64,000 nt of DNA from Burkholderiales bacterium (GCA_035762345.1 DASTPE010000107.1:3701-67700), one strand, 5' to 3'. Positions 54,563-63,911 are shown, counted from the stretch's first letter. The notes: a model not told the origin generated them from the letters alone. A program made the numbers and translations.

Positions 54563-55498
54563 ATGCAAGCTTTCTTCATCGATCCCAAGGACATAAGCCT
54601 CGCGCTGCGCGAGGCGCCCGAGCCGCAGCCCGCGCCGGGGAAACTCCTCGTGCGCGTGCGCGCGGCGGGACTGAACCGCGGCGAGCTCCTGCGCCATGGG
54701 CTCACCAAGCCTGGGCCGGCAAAGATCGGCGGCACTGAAGGCGCGGGTGAAGTCGAAGGAACCGGCGCGCGCGTGATGGGAAGACTTCCTGCAAGCTTCG
54801 CCGAATACGCGCTGATGGACGAGTCCGACGCGATCCCCGTGCCGTCGAACCTCTCGTGGGAAGAGGCGGCCGCGATCCCGATTACCTTCCTCGTCGTCTA
54901 CGACATGCTGGTGCAGCAGGGCAATCTCAAGAAGAACGAATGGCTTCTCGTCACCGGCGCGTCGGCGGGCGTCGGTGTGGCGGCGCTCCTCGCCGCCAAG
55001 GCGCTGGGCGCGAAGGTAATCGGCACGTCGGGGTCGGAAGAGAAGCTGAGGAAACTTTCATCCCTCGGGCTCGACGCCGCCATACGGACCCGAAAGCCGG
55101 ACTTCTCGGACAAAATCCTCGAAGTCACCGGCGGCAAAGGCGCGGACCTCGTGGTGAACAACGTGGGCGGCTCGGTGTTCGCCGAATGCGTAAAGTCGCT
55201 CGGCTACGAAGGCCGGCTCGCCACCGTCGGCTACGTCGACGGCGTGATGCAGGCCGAGATGGACATCGAGGCGCTGCACTCCAAGCGTCTCAAGCTGTTC
55301 GGGGTCTCGAATAAGATGCGCACCGCCGCGCAGCGCGCCGTCACCGTACAGGGCTTTATCCGGGACTTCCTTCCGCTATTCGCTTCAGGGAAGCTCAAGC
55401 CCGTGATCGACCGGGTCTACGACTTCAAGGACCTTCCCGCCGCCAAGGCGCGCATGGAGGCCGACGCCCACGTCGGCAAGATCGTGGTACGGATCTGA
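54563..55498 (+). CDS. Zinc-type/medium-chain dehydrogenase, NADPH:quinone oxidoreductase-like
   Basis: LVRVRAAGLNRGE and the VTGASAGVGVAAL nucleotide-binding motif. The TGA stop is fused to the REP copy D GAATTC end. Confidence 0.8.
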   Translation: MQAFFIDPKDISLALREAPEPQPAPGKLLVRVRAAGLNRGELLRHGLTKPGPAKIGGTEGAGEVEGTGARVMGRLPASFAEYALMDESDAIPVPSNLSWEEAAAIPITFLVVYDMLVQQGNLKKNEWLLVTGASAGVGVAALLAAKALGAKVIGTSGSEEKLRKLSSLGLDAAIRTRKPDFSDKILEVTGGKGADLVVNNVGGSVFAECVKSLGYEGRLATVGYVDGVMQAEMDIEALHSKRLKLFGVSNKMRTAAQRAVTVQGFIRDFLPLFASGKLKPVIDRVYDFKDLPAAKARMEADAHVGKIVVRI

Positions 55499-55514
55499 AT
55501 TCAGGGTCAGGGTC
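55497..55514. repeat. REP/MITE-like element copy D, left fragment (interrupted by the IS)
   Basis: GAATTCAGGGTCAGGGTC. Its continuation is found at 56832-56894. Confidence 0.8.
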
Positions 55515-56831
55515 ACTAGTGTCCGGTAAAACTCACGGACACGAACTGTAAGTCGTTGATCGGCGATTGAGAAGCAGCATTTATTGAGTGTCCACGATTT
55601 GAACGGGCGATAGGCGAATCTCGGGGTTTTGGAAACCCGAGGAGCGCCGATGCGCGCGGGCAAATTCGTGTTCGCTCAGCTGATGGAGTTTTTGCCGTGG
55701 AAGCGCTTTCAACGCCTGGTGCTCAAGTACGAAGGCGATCGTTACGTCAAGCACTTCTCGTGCAGCGACCAGTTCTTGTCGATGGCCTTGGCGCAGTTCA
55801 CCTACCGCGAGAGCTTGCGCGACCTCGAGGCCTGTATGCGCGCGCATTCGGCGAAGCTCTACCACTTGGGGATTCGCAGTCGCATTTCGCGCAGCACGCT
55901 CGCCGATGCCAACGAATCGCGCGATTGGCGCATTTACGCGGAGTTTGCTCAATCGCTCATCGACAGGGCGCGGCCGCTGTACGCCAACGACCCGCTGGAG
56001 CTGGACCTTGCCAACACGGTCTATGCGCTGGATTCGACGCTCATCGAGCTTTGTCTTTCGATGTTCCCGTGGGCGCACTATCAATCCGCCCACGCCGCGG
56101 TGAAACTGCATACGCTGGTCGACCTGCGTGGCAACATTCCGAGTTTCCTCTATGTCAGCGACGGCAAGCTCAACGACGTCGCGGTGCTCGACCAACTACT
56201 GCCCGAACCAGGCGCGTTTTACGTCCTGGATCGCGGCTACATCGATTACGCGCGCCTGTACCGCTTCCATCAGGGACGCGCCTTCTTCGTGGTGCGTGCC
56301 AAGTCCAATCTACAAGCCCGGCGGCGCTACTCGCACTGGGTCGATCGCAGCACCGGCCTGCGCAGCGACCACACTGTGCTCCTAACAGGCAAATTCTCGC
56401 GCACCGACTTCCCCGAGCCGCTGCGCCGCGTGCGCATCACGGACCTATCCACCGGCAAATCGGTGGTGCTGCTCACCAACAATTTCGGCTTGCCGGCTCT
56501 GAGCATCACCACCCTGTATCGCTATCGCTGGCAAATCGAATTGTTCTTCAAGTGGATCAAGCAACACCTGCGCATCAAGGCGTTCTTCGGCACCTCCGAG
56601 AACGCCGTGAAGACGCAAATCTGGATCGCCGTGTCCGTCTATGTGCTGGTCGCGATCGTGAAGAAGCGCTTCCAGTTGCCGGCTTCGCTGCACGATCTCC
56701 TACAGATTTTGAGCGTCACGCTGTTCGAACGAGAGCCCATCGATCAAGTACTTACGCTGGCACCGTCCGAGCCCTATGCGCTCGATTACTCCAACCAGTT
56801 AACTTTGTTCGACTTTTAACCGGACACTAGT
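55515..56831 (+). mobile_element. IS4-family insertion sequence (1317 bp) inserted in a REP palindrome
   Basis: 13-bp perfect terminal inverted repeat ACTAGTGTCCGGT (imperfect out to ~20 bp). 11-bp direct repeat GGGTCAGGGTC at 55504-55514 and 56832-56842. Removing the IS and one repeat copy rebuilds an intact REP. Single transposase ORF. Confidence 0.85.
55650..56819 (+). CDS. IS4-family DDE transposase (DUF4372-like N-terminus + DDE_Tnp_1)
   Basis: ORF 55629-56819 with ATG 55650. D contexts YALDSTLIEL and FYVLDRGYIDY. YRYRWQIELFFKWIK fits the Y-2-R-3-E-6-K signature. Confidence 0.85.
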   Translation: MRAGKFVFAQLMEFLPWKRFQRLVLKYEGDRYVKHFSCSDQFLSMALAQFTYRESLRDLEACMRAHSAKLYHLGIRSRISRSTLADANESRDWRIYAEFAQSLIDRARPLYANDPLELDLANTVYALDSTLIELCLSMFPWAHYQSAHAAVKLHTLVDLRGNIPSFLYVSDGKLNDVAVLDQLLPEPGAFYVLDRGYIDYARLYRFHQGRAFFVVRAKSNLQARRRYSHWVDRSTGLRSDHTVLLTGKFSRTDFPEPLRRVRITDLSTGKSVVLLTNNFGLPALSITTLYRYRWQIELFFKWIKQHLRIKAFFGTSENAVKTQIWIAVSVYVLVAIVKKRFQLPASLHDLLQILSVTLFEREPIDQVLTLAPSEPYALDYSNQLTLFDF

Positions 56832-56894
56832 GGGTCAGGGTCGAAATTCGTTTTCACGTACGCAAAAACGAGTTGCGACCCTGACCCCGAATTG
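56832..56894. repeat. REP/MITE-like element copy D, right fragment
   Basis: GGGTCAGGGTCGAAATTCGTTTTCACGTACGCAAAAACGAGTTGCGACCCTGACCCCGAATTG. Ends 1 nt before the stop of the convergent Bug gene. Confidence 0.85.
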
Positions 56895-56895
56895 G

Positions 56896-57849
56896 TCACT
56901 GGGCCTTAATACCCGCTTCCTTCACCACCTTGCCCCAGGTGTCGTACTCGCGCTTGATGTAGGCCGCGAATTCCTCGGGGCTGCTGGACTTCGGCTCGGT
57001 GCCGGTCTTATGGAGCGCCGCCACGACCTGCGGGTGCGCGAGCGCCTTGACGAACTCCTTGTTGAGCCGATCGACGACGTCTTTCTGCAGGCCCTTCGGA
57101 CCGAGGAATCCGTACCAGTTGAGAGCTTCATAGCCCGGATAGCCGGACTCGGCGATGGTCGGCACGTCGGGCATGAGCGCGGCGCGCTTGGAGCCGGTGG
57201 TGGCGACCGCCTTGGCTTTGCCGGCGCGGATCTGGGAGATGGACGAGATCGGCGTAGCGAAGAACGAAGCGACCTGGCCCCCGAGGAATCCCTGCATCGC
57301 CGGGCCGCCTCCTTTGTAGGGCACGTGCACGATGTCAATGTTGGCCACGCGCCTCAGGAGCTCGCCGGACAAGTGCCCGGCGCCGCCGATTCCGGACGAG
57401 GCGTACGTGATCGTCGCGGGCTTCGACTTCGCCAGCTTCACGAAATCGGCGACTGTGTTGACGCCGAGCGAGGGCTGCACCACGAGCACATTGGCGAACT
57501 CGGCGGCCATGCTGATCGGCGTGAGGTCCTTCAGCGGGTCGTACGGCGTTTTCAGGATGTGCGGGTTCACCGCGAGCGCGCCCACGTTGGCGAGCACGAT
57601 GGTGTAGCCGTCGGGCGCGGCCTTGGCGACGTGGTCGACGGCGATGTTGCCGCCGGCGCCGGCGCGGTTCTCGACCACGATTTGCTGCCCGAGCTGCTCG
57701 CCGAGAACCGGCTGCAGGATGCGCGCGGTGGTATCGGTCCCTCCGCCGGGCTCGAAACCGACGACGATGGTGACCGGCTTGTTGGGGTATTGCGCGAATG
57801 CCGTCGAGGCGAAGAGCGCAAGGCCCGCCGCTACTAGCTTCGTTTTCAT
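56896..57849 (-). CDS. Bug-family TTT substrate-binding protein
   Basis: ORF 56896-58455 trimmed to ATG 57849 (ATGA overlap with the CoA-transferase stop). Signal peptide, then YPNKPVTIVVGFEPGGGTDTTAR. Confidence 0.9.
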   Translation of the reverse strand: MKTKLVAAGLALFASTAFAQYPNKPVTIVVGFEPGGGTDTTARILQPVLGEQLGQQIVVENRAGAGGNIAVDHVAKAAPDGYTIVLANVGALAVNPHILKTPYDPLKDLTPISMAAEFANVLVVQPSLGVNTVADFVKLAKSKPATITYASSGIGGAGHLSGELLRRVANIDIVHVPYKGGGPAMQGFLGGQVASFFATPISSISQIRAGKAKAVATTGSKRAALMPDVPTIAESGYPGYEALNWYGFLGPKGLQKDVVDRLNKEFVKALAHPQVVAALHKTGTEPKSSSPEEFAAYIKREYDTWGKVVKEAGIKAQ

Positions 57850-59042
57850 CACACCACTCCTCCTTGTCTGAGTTTCGCGATCTCCGCCGCGTTGTAATTG
57901 AGCTCCTTGAGAATTTCGTCGGTGTGCTCGCCGATTTCGGGCGTCGGCGCCACCACCTTGCCCGGCGTGCGCGAAAGGCGCGCCGCCTGCGCGAGCACCT
58001 TGAAGCGGCCGAGCTTGCCGTGCTCGACGTCGGTGGCGACGCCGAGGTGCTGTACCTGCGGATCGGAGAAAACTTCGCCCACGTTGTAGATCGGGCCGCA
58101 CGGCACGCCGGCCTTGTTCAGAACTCCGATCCACTCGGCGCTCGTGTTCTCGACGAGCGCCTTCTCGATCTCGGCGTTGAGCTTTTTGCGATTCTCGGCG
58201 CGCTTCTGCGGGCCCTTGAACTCGGGCGCCTGCAGCATGTCTTCGCGCTCGAGGGCCTTGCACAGGCTCGTCCACTGTCCTTCGCCCGAAGCCGCAACGT
58301 TGATGTGGCCGTCCTTCGTCTTGTAGGCCGAGGTCGGCATGCTCGTCGGATGGTCGTTGCCCACTTGCGGCGGCACCTCGCCCTTCATGAGGAAGCGAGC
58401 CGCCTGGAAATCGAGCAACGAGATCCCCGCCTGCAAAAGTGAGCTTTGCACCCACTGGCCCTTATCCGAGCTCTCGCGCTCGAGCAGCGCCGTCATCACC
58501 CCAAGCGCCGCGTAAAGACCAGCCGCGAGATCCGCGATCGCCGCGCCGGTGCGCACCGGGCCCTGCCCGGGAAGGCCGGTGACCGACATGAGCCCGCTCA
58601 TGCCTTGCGCGATCTGGTCGAACCCCGGCCGGTCGCGGTACGGGCCGTCCTGGCCGAAGCCGGAAATGCTCGCGAGGATGATTCTTGGATTTATCTTGGA
58701 CAGCGATTCATAGTCGATTCCGAGCCGGTATTTGACGTCGGGCCGGTAATTCTCCACCACGACGTCGGCCGTCTTCACCAGGCGCTCGAGCACCTCGCGG
58801 GCCTGCGGGAGCTTGAGGTTCAGCGTCATCGAACGCTTGTTGCGATGCAGGTTCTGCATGTCGGGACCGTGGCGCGGCCCGCCCATGCCTTCGTTCGGGT
58901 CGACACCCGGGGGTGACTCGACCTTGATCACATCGGCGCCGAAGTCAGCGAACTGGCGCACGCACGTCGGCCCCGCCCTGACGCGTGAAAAGTCTAGAAT
59001 CCGCAGGCGCGAAAGCGCCGTGGAAGCGGCGATCTTTGGCAT
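57849..59042 (-). CDS. Family III CoA-transferase (CaiB/BaiF)
   Basis: LSRLRILDFSRVRAGPTCVRQFADFGADVIKVE is the typical family III N-terminus. Confidence 0.85.
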   Translation of the reverse strand: MPKIAASTALSRLRILDFSRVRAGPTCVRQFADFGADVIKVESPPGVDPNEGMGGPRHGPDMQNLHRNKRSMTLNLKLPQAREVLERLVKTADVVVENYRPDVKYRLGIDYESLSKINPRIILASISGFGQDGPYRDRPGFDQIAQGMSGLMSVTGLPGQGPVRTGAAIADLAAGLYAALGVMTALLERESSDKGQWVQSSLLQAGISLLDFQAARFLMKGEVPPQVGNDHPTSMPTSAYKTKDGHINVAASGEGQWTSLCKALEREDMLQAPEFKGPQKRAENRKKLNAEIEKALVENTSAEWIGVLNKAGVPCGPIYNVGEVFSDPQVQHLGVATDVEHGKLGRFKVLAQAARLSRTPGKVVAPTPEIGEHTDEILKELNYNAAEIAKLRQGGVV

Positions 59043-59092
59043 AGGAATATTCTAGCCGCCCGCGTATTGCGATTTCTCAAGAGAGGACGACC

Positions 59093-59524
59093 ATGAACAA
59101 AGTAATAGCGAAACTGATCCTCGCCGGCGCGGCGCTCGCGCTCTCCGCCTGCTCGTCTATGCCCGACTGGATGCCAGGCAGCGGCGCGATCAAGGTGAAC
59201 TTGTCGGGCACCGAGGAAGTGCCGCCGCTCACCGTACCAGGCTCGGGGTCGGGCAGCTTCCGCGTCGCAGACGACGGCACCGTTACCGGCAGCGTGACCA
59301 CCAAGGACGTGCAGGGCACCATGGCGCACATCCACCGCGGCGCCAAGGGCACCAACGGGCCGGTGATCGTGCCGCTCGACAAGAAGGGCGACACCTACAG
59401 CGTCCCCGCGGGCCGCAAGCTCACGCCCGAGCAGATGGCGGACCTGAAGGCGGGCAGGCTCTATGTCAACGTGCACACCGAGCGCAACAAGGGCGGAGAG
59501 GTGCGCGGCCAGCTCCAGCCCTGA
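59093..59524 (+). CDS. CHRD domain-containing lipoprotein
   Basis: Lipobox LALSA|C. EEVPP...GSGSGSF...GTMAHIHRGAKGTNGPVIVPL...LYVNVHT CHRD pattern. Confidence 0.75.
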   Translation: MNKVIAKLILAGAALALSACSSMPDWMPGSGAIKVNLSGTEEVPPLTVPGSGSGSFRVADDGTVTGSVTTKDVQGTMAHIHRGAKGTNGPVIVPLDKKGDTYSVPAGRKLTPEQMADLKAGRLYVNVHTERNKGGEVRGQLQP

Positions 59525-60480
59525 GCACGAAATACATTGCGCTTTTCGCCTGCGCCATGACGGCGCAGGCGGCTTTGGCGGAGTTTCCCGAGCGGCCGCT
59601 GCGCCTCATCGTGCCGCAAGCCGCGGGCAGCGCGACCGACAACGTCGCGCGCATCATGGCGGCCGCGCTCGCCAGGGACCTCAGTCAAGCCGTGGTCGTC
59701 GACAATCGTCCCGGCGGCGCGCTCACGATCGGCATCGACGCGGTCGCCAAAGCCCCGCCCGACGGCTACACGCTCGGCCAGGGACCGGTGGGCGCGCTCG
59801 CGATCACACGCCACATGGTGGCGAAGCTGCCCTACGACATCGAGCGCGACCTGCAGCCGGTCGCGCTGGTAACCACGGGTTACATGCTTCTCGCCGTCTC
59901 TCCAAAATCCGACTTCCATTCGGTCAAGGACCTGATCGAGTACGCTAGAAAGAACCCGGGGAAGCTTTCCAACGCCTCGTCGAGCAACGGCTCGCCGGGC
60001 CACGTGAGCGGCGAGCTCTTCAAGCACATGACGGGCACCGACATCGTGCACATCCCTTACAAGGGCGGCGCGCCGGCGATCGCCGACCTCATCGCCGGCA
60101 ATGTGCAGCTCATATTCGAAAGCACCAATTCGATCGCATCGCACGTCAAAGCGGGGCGCGTGCGCGCGCTCGCGGTCACGGGCGAGCGGCGCTCCGCGAG
60201 CCTGCCCGATGTCCCGACATTGATCGAAGCCGGCGTGCCGGGCTACGAGGTGAACGTATGGAGCGGCATCATCACCACCGCGGGCGTGCCGCGTCCGGTG
60301 CTCGACAAGCTGAACGGCGCGGTCAATCGCGCGCTCCAGCAGCCCGACACCAGGGAGCGCCTGGCCCAGCTCGGCAGCGAAGGCGGCGGCGGCACGCCCG
60401 AGGCTTTCGCCGAGCTGATCCGCCGCGACTCGGCAAAGTGGGCCGAAGTCGTGCGCCGCTCGGGCGCCAAGATCGACTAG
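59521..60480 (+). CDS. Bug-family TTT substrate-binding protein (start probably non-ATG)
   Basis: The ORF track starts at ATG 59557 (MTAQAALA|EFPERPLRLIVPQAAGSATD), which truncates the signal peptide. In-frame upstream codons read L-STKYIALFACA, so CTG 59521 (overlapping the CHRD TGA) or ATT 59536 is the likely initiator. Confidence 0.8.
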   Translation: MSTKYIALFACAMTAQAALAEFPERPLRLIVPQAAGSATDNVARIMAAALARDLSQAVVVDNRPGGALTIGIDAVAKAPPDGYTLGQGPVGALAITRHMVAKLPYDIERDLQPVALVTTGYMLLAVSPKSDFHSVKDLIEYARKNPGKLSNASSSNGSPGHVSGELFKHMTGTDIVHIPYKGGAPAIADLIAGNVQLIFESTNSIASHVKAGRVRALAVTGERRSASLPDVPTLIEAGVPGYEVNVWSGIITTAGVPRPVLDKLNGAVNRALQQPDTRERLAQLGSEGGGGTPEAFAELIRRDSAKWAEVVRRSGAKID

Positions 60481-60534
60481 CGCCGGAATGCCGGGTCGGC
60501 CGGGGCTGTTAGCCCCGGCAAAGGAGGAGGTCCC

Positions 60535-61113
60535 ATGAAACGCCTGGCGCTTCTCATCCTCGTGTTCTTTTCCTCGTTGTCAATCGCGCAAGCTCCGACG
60601 CGGGTGCGCGGCACGATTGCGACGCTCGACGGCGACATCCTGTCGGTCAAGTCGCGCGACGGCAAGGACGTCAAGATCCACCTCACCTCGGACGCGCAGG
60701 TGGCTACCACCAAGAAGGCGACGATGGCCGACTTCAAGCCAGGGAGCTACGTCGGCGTGACATCGGTAAAAGGGCCCAACGGGCGCCTCGTTGCAAAGCG
60801 GGTGCACGCGCTCGGGCCGCAGGTTCCGGCGGGTCACATGGCGTGGGACTCCATCCCGGACTCGCTAATGACGAACGCCACCATGGAAAGCAGCGCGCAG
60901 GTGAGCGGCGGCAACGAGCTTACGCTCAAATACAAGGACGGGGCGCAGAAGATCCTCGTCACGCCGGAGACGGAGTTCTTCACTTTCGTGCCCGGCAGCC
61001 GAGCCGATCTCAAGCCCGGCGAAACCATCTTCACGGGCGCGCGCGGCGAGGGCGGCAAGCTCGTCACGCAGCGCATCTCGGTCAGCAAGGATGGCGTCAA
61101 TCCGCCTCAGTAG
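60535..61113 (+). CDS. Secreted beta-rich protein, paralog 1 (DUF5666-like)
   Basis: ATG behind AAAGGAGGAGG. Signal peptide. TRVRGTIATLDGD...FKPGSYVGVTSVK.PNGRL...MTNAT...GAQKILV shared with the next ORF. Family name from memory. Confidence 0.65.
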   Translation: MKRLALLILVFFSSLSIAQAPTRVRGTIATLDGDILSVKSRDGKDVKIHLTSDAQVATTKKATMADFKPGSYVGVTSVKGPNGRLVAKRVHALGPQVPAGHMAWDSIPDSLMTNATMESSAQVSGGNELTLKYKDGAQKILVTPETEFFTFVPGSRADLKPGETIFTGARGEGGKLVTQRISVSKDGVNPPQ

Positions 61114-61651
61114 GGTCTTTCTGCTGGGGATTGTTCTCGCGCTCTGCGGCACAAGCCTCCATGCCCAAACCCGCGTGCGCGGCACGATCAGCGCATTCGA
61201 CGGCAAGACCGTGACGGTCGATGGCAAGGAGCAGGTGGTGTTGAGCGAGAAGACCGAGATCGTGTATGCCCTGCCGATCGCGCTTTCCGATATCAAGCCG
61301 GGCGACTTCCTCGCGATCACGTCGGTGAAACAACCCGACGGCAGGCTGCTCGCTTACGAAGTGCGCCGCTTCCCGAAGCCGGTGAATCCCGGCCACCGCC
61401 CGTTCGACGGGCGCGACGACCAGACCATGACCAATGCGAGCGTCGGCGCGGTCGTGCAGGCGGCGAGCGGCCGAGAGCTCATGATGACGTACGAAGGAGG
61501 CGCGCAAAAGATCCACGTTCCGGAAAGCGCTTCCATTTCGACGCTCATCGCCGGCGGTGCTACACAGCTCCTGCCCGGCGCGCCGGTCAGCCTGACCCAC
61601 GATGCGAACGGTGTCGCGCTTCGCATCCAGGTCGGCCCACCCAAGAAATAG
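61091..61651 (+). CDS. Secreted beta-rich protein, paralog 2 (DUF5666-like)
   Basis: Overlaps paralog 1 by 23 nt. TRVRGTISAFDGK...IKPGDFLAITSVKQPDGRL...MTNAS...GAQKIHV. Confidence 0.65.
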   Translation: MASIRLSRVFLLGIVLALCGTSLHAQTRVRGTISAFDGKTVTVDGKEQVVLSEKTEIVYALPIALSDIKPGDFLAITSVKQPDGRLLAYEVRRFPKPVNPGHRPFDGRDDQTMTNASVGAVVQAASGRELMMTYEGGAQKIHVPESASISTLIAGGATQLLPGAPVSLTHDANGVALRIQVGPPKK

Positions 61652-61659
61652 TAATTAAG

Positions 61660-62445
61660 TCAGCCCACGGTGCCCTTGACGGCCCAGGCTCGGGCGACGA
61701 GATGGATCGAGCCGTCGCGACGAAAGGGCAGCGTGGAGCGGATGCGGTCGCGAAGCGTCGCGCGCCGCGTTTCGTCGAGCGACATGCAGTAGCCCGGCGC
61801 GGGGCCCTGTCCGCCGATAAACGGCGTCCAGTAGTCGTCGAAATCCCGGAACGGCGTGGGCGCATCGATGACACGCACTTGCACGTGGTGCATACCGGCC
61901 TCCCGGAATAACTTTGCTAAGGCGTCTTCCTTGCACAACGGAAAGCGCACGCCCTCGTCCAAGGCGCGCGCGGCCGCATCGAGCTCGACCGCGGCGTCCC
62001 AGAAGTAGCGCATCAGCTCCATCTTGCCGGCGTAATCCCACACGTACACGCCGACCTTCCCACCCGGCCGCACCGCGCGGCGCATCTCGCCGGCGGCGCG
62101 CTCGGGCTTCGATACGAAGTTGAGGACGAGCCCCGCGACCGCCGCGTCGAATTCGCCGTCCTTTGCCGCTAGCGCCTGCGCGTCGCCGACTTCGAACGAG
62201 GCGCCGTTCGTGCGCTGTCTTGCGAACTCGACGAAGCCGGCAGAAGGATCGACGCCGTGCACGCTTCGCGGCGCGCAATCGCGCAGGATCGTTTGGGTGA
62301 GCGCGCCGGTACCGCAGCCGACGTCAAGCCATCGCGCTTCGCGCGGCACGCCGAGCCAGCCGAGGAATTCCTTTGCCACGACCCGGCTCCAGCGGCCGAC
62401 GTAGGGCTCGTAGAGATCGCCCGCCGCCCAGACGTCCTTCTTCAT
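61660..62445 (-). CDS. Class I SAM-dependent methyltransferase
   Basis: ORF 61660-63267 trimmed to ATG 62445 (ATGA overlap with the upstream stop). SAM motif I WLDVGCGTGALT and post-I D in GVDPS. Confidence 0.8.
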   Translation of the reverse strand: MKKDVWAAGDLYEPYVGRWSRVVAKEFLGWLGVPREARWLDVGCGTGALTQTILRDCAPRSVHGVDPSAGFVEFARQRTNGASFEVGDAQALAAKDGEFDAAVAGLVLNFVSKPERAAGEMRRAVRPGGKVGVYVWDYAGKMELMRYFWDAAVELDAAARALDEGVRFPLCKEDALAKLFREAGMHHVQVRVIDAPTPFRDFDDYWTPFIGGQGPAPGYCMSLDETRRATLRDRIRSTLPFRRDGSIHLVARAWAVKGTVG

Positions 62446-63911
62446 GCCGCGGCTTTGGCTGCGTTCCGGCCGGCGATGCGCCCGAACACCGAGCCGTTGG
62501 TGAGCCCGGAGCCGCCGGGATAGTTGAACCAGAAAATCCCGCCCACGAGCTCGCCCGCGGCGTAGAGACCGGGGATCGGCTCGCCGTCGGTATTGATCAC
62601 CTGCGCGTCGGTGTTGATCTTGAGTCCCCCGAAGGTGAAGGTGATGCCACAGGTGACGGCGTAAGCCTCGAACGGCGGGGCGTCGAGGGTATTCGCCCAG
62701 TTCGATTTGTTGATGTTGAGGTTTTCGGTACGCCTTCCGTCCTTCACGTTCGGGTTGAACGGGATATCGGTGCGAACGGCCTTGTTGTAGGCCTGGATTT
62801 CCGCAAGCGCGTTTTCGGCATTCGTGTCCTCCAGTTGCTTGACGAGGTCTTGAAGTGTGTTTGCCACGCGCCGGGTGACCTGCTTGATCCGGTACTCGTC
62901 CCGCAGCTGCGCCTTCACTTTGGCATCGAAGATCTGCCAGGCGAATTGCTGCGGCTGACCGAGGATGACGCGGCCGTACTTGGCGTAGGTGTAATTGCGG
63001 AAATCCGCGCCCTCGTCGACAAAGCGCCTGCCCTCGGCGTTGATGTAGATGCCCCACGGGTAGGAATGCTTCTGGAATTGGTCGCCGACCGCGAGGTCGC
63101 CGAACTCCGGCGCATTTCGGTCCCAAGCCACCGCGTGGCAGCCGGACCAGTTGCCGTACGCGGCCGCGCCGATGTCGAGCGCCATCCGGATCGCGTCGCC
63201 GGTGTTGAAGCGCGTGCCGCGCACCTTGGCGAGCTCCCAGCCCGGGCCGAGGTAGCGTGTGCGCCACTCGGTATTCGCCTGAAAACCGCCCGCGGCGAGG
63301 ACAACCGCCTTGCTTTTCAACTGGACGGTCTTGTTGTCTTTCCTTGCGACGACCCCGTGCACACCTTCATCGTCCGAAATCAAAGAAAGCGCGCGCGCGC
63401 GGTACCAGATCTCGACGCCCTTCTTGCGCGCGATCTGGGTGAGCGAGTCGACGAGCCCCGGCCCGCCGCCTACCGTCTCGACGGTCAGCCCGCCCCAGAA
63501 CTTGAACCGGCCACCAATGTTGAACGCCTGCCGGCCCCAGGCCGCGGTAAACCGCATGCCGTTACTGCGCATCCAGACTACGGTGGGAAAGCTTTGCTTT
63601 ACCAGAACCTCTGTGAGGTCCGGGTCACAGCGGTAGTCGGTGACCCGCGCCATGTCGTCGAAGAACTGCTCCTCGGTATAGGTCCCGAAGTCGCTGCGCG
63701 CGATTTCGTCACCCGAGAGGTCGATCACCTGCTTGAGATCCTCGACGCCGTTGTAGACGACGCGCATGAGGCCGGCGGTAAAGCGCGAATTGCCGCCGGA
63801 TTCCTCTTCCGGCGCACGCTCCAGCACCAGGACCTTCTTGCAGAACTCGGAGGCGGAAAGCGCCGCGCAAAGCGCCGCGTTGCCGCCGCCGATGACAATT
63901 ACGTCATACAT
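62442..63911 (-). CDS. FAD-dependent oxidoreductase, tricarballylate dehydrogenase (TcuA)-like
   Basis: MYDVIVIGGGNAALCAALSA dinucleotide fold, GGNSRFT, and C-terminal GLYAAGELVGG. Resembles the TcuA/fumarate-reductase flavoprotein family. Confidence 0.75.
   Translation of the reverse strand: MYDVIVIGGGNAALCAALSASEFCKKVLVLERAPEEESGGNSRFTAGLMRVVYNGVEDLKQVIDLSGDEIARSDFGTYTEEQFFDDMARVTDYRCDPDLTEVLVKQSFPTVVWMRSNGMRFTAAWGRQAFNIGGRFKFWGGLTVETVGGGPGLVDSLTQIARKKGVEIWYRARALSLISDDEGVHGVVARKDNKTVQLKSKAVVLAAGGFQANTEWRTRYLGPGWELAKVRGTRFNTGDAIRMALDIGAAAYGNWSGCHAVAWDRNAPEFGDLAVGDQFQKHSYPWGIYINAEGRRFVDEGADFRNYTYAKYGRVILGQPQQFAWQIFDAKVKAQLRDEYRIKQVTRRVANTLQDLVKQLEDTNAENALAEIQAYNKAVRTDIPFNPNVKDGRRTENLNINKSNWANTLDAPPFEAYAVTCGITFTFGGLKINTDAQVINTDGEPIPGLYAAGELVGGIFWFNYPGGSGLTNGSVFGRIAGRNAAKAAA

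Noticed and set aside
55516-55519. 4-bp CTAG target-site duplication for the IS (IS5-like model).
   Set aside because: CTAG is palindromic and equally well forms part of the inverted repeat. The 11-bp GGGTCAGGGTC duplication model restores a canonical REP on excision and fits IS4-family behaviour.
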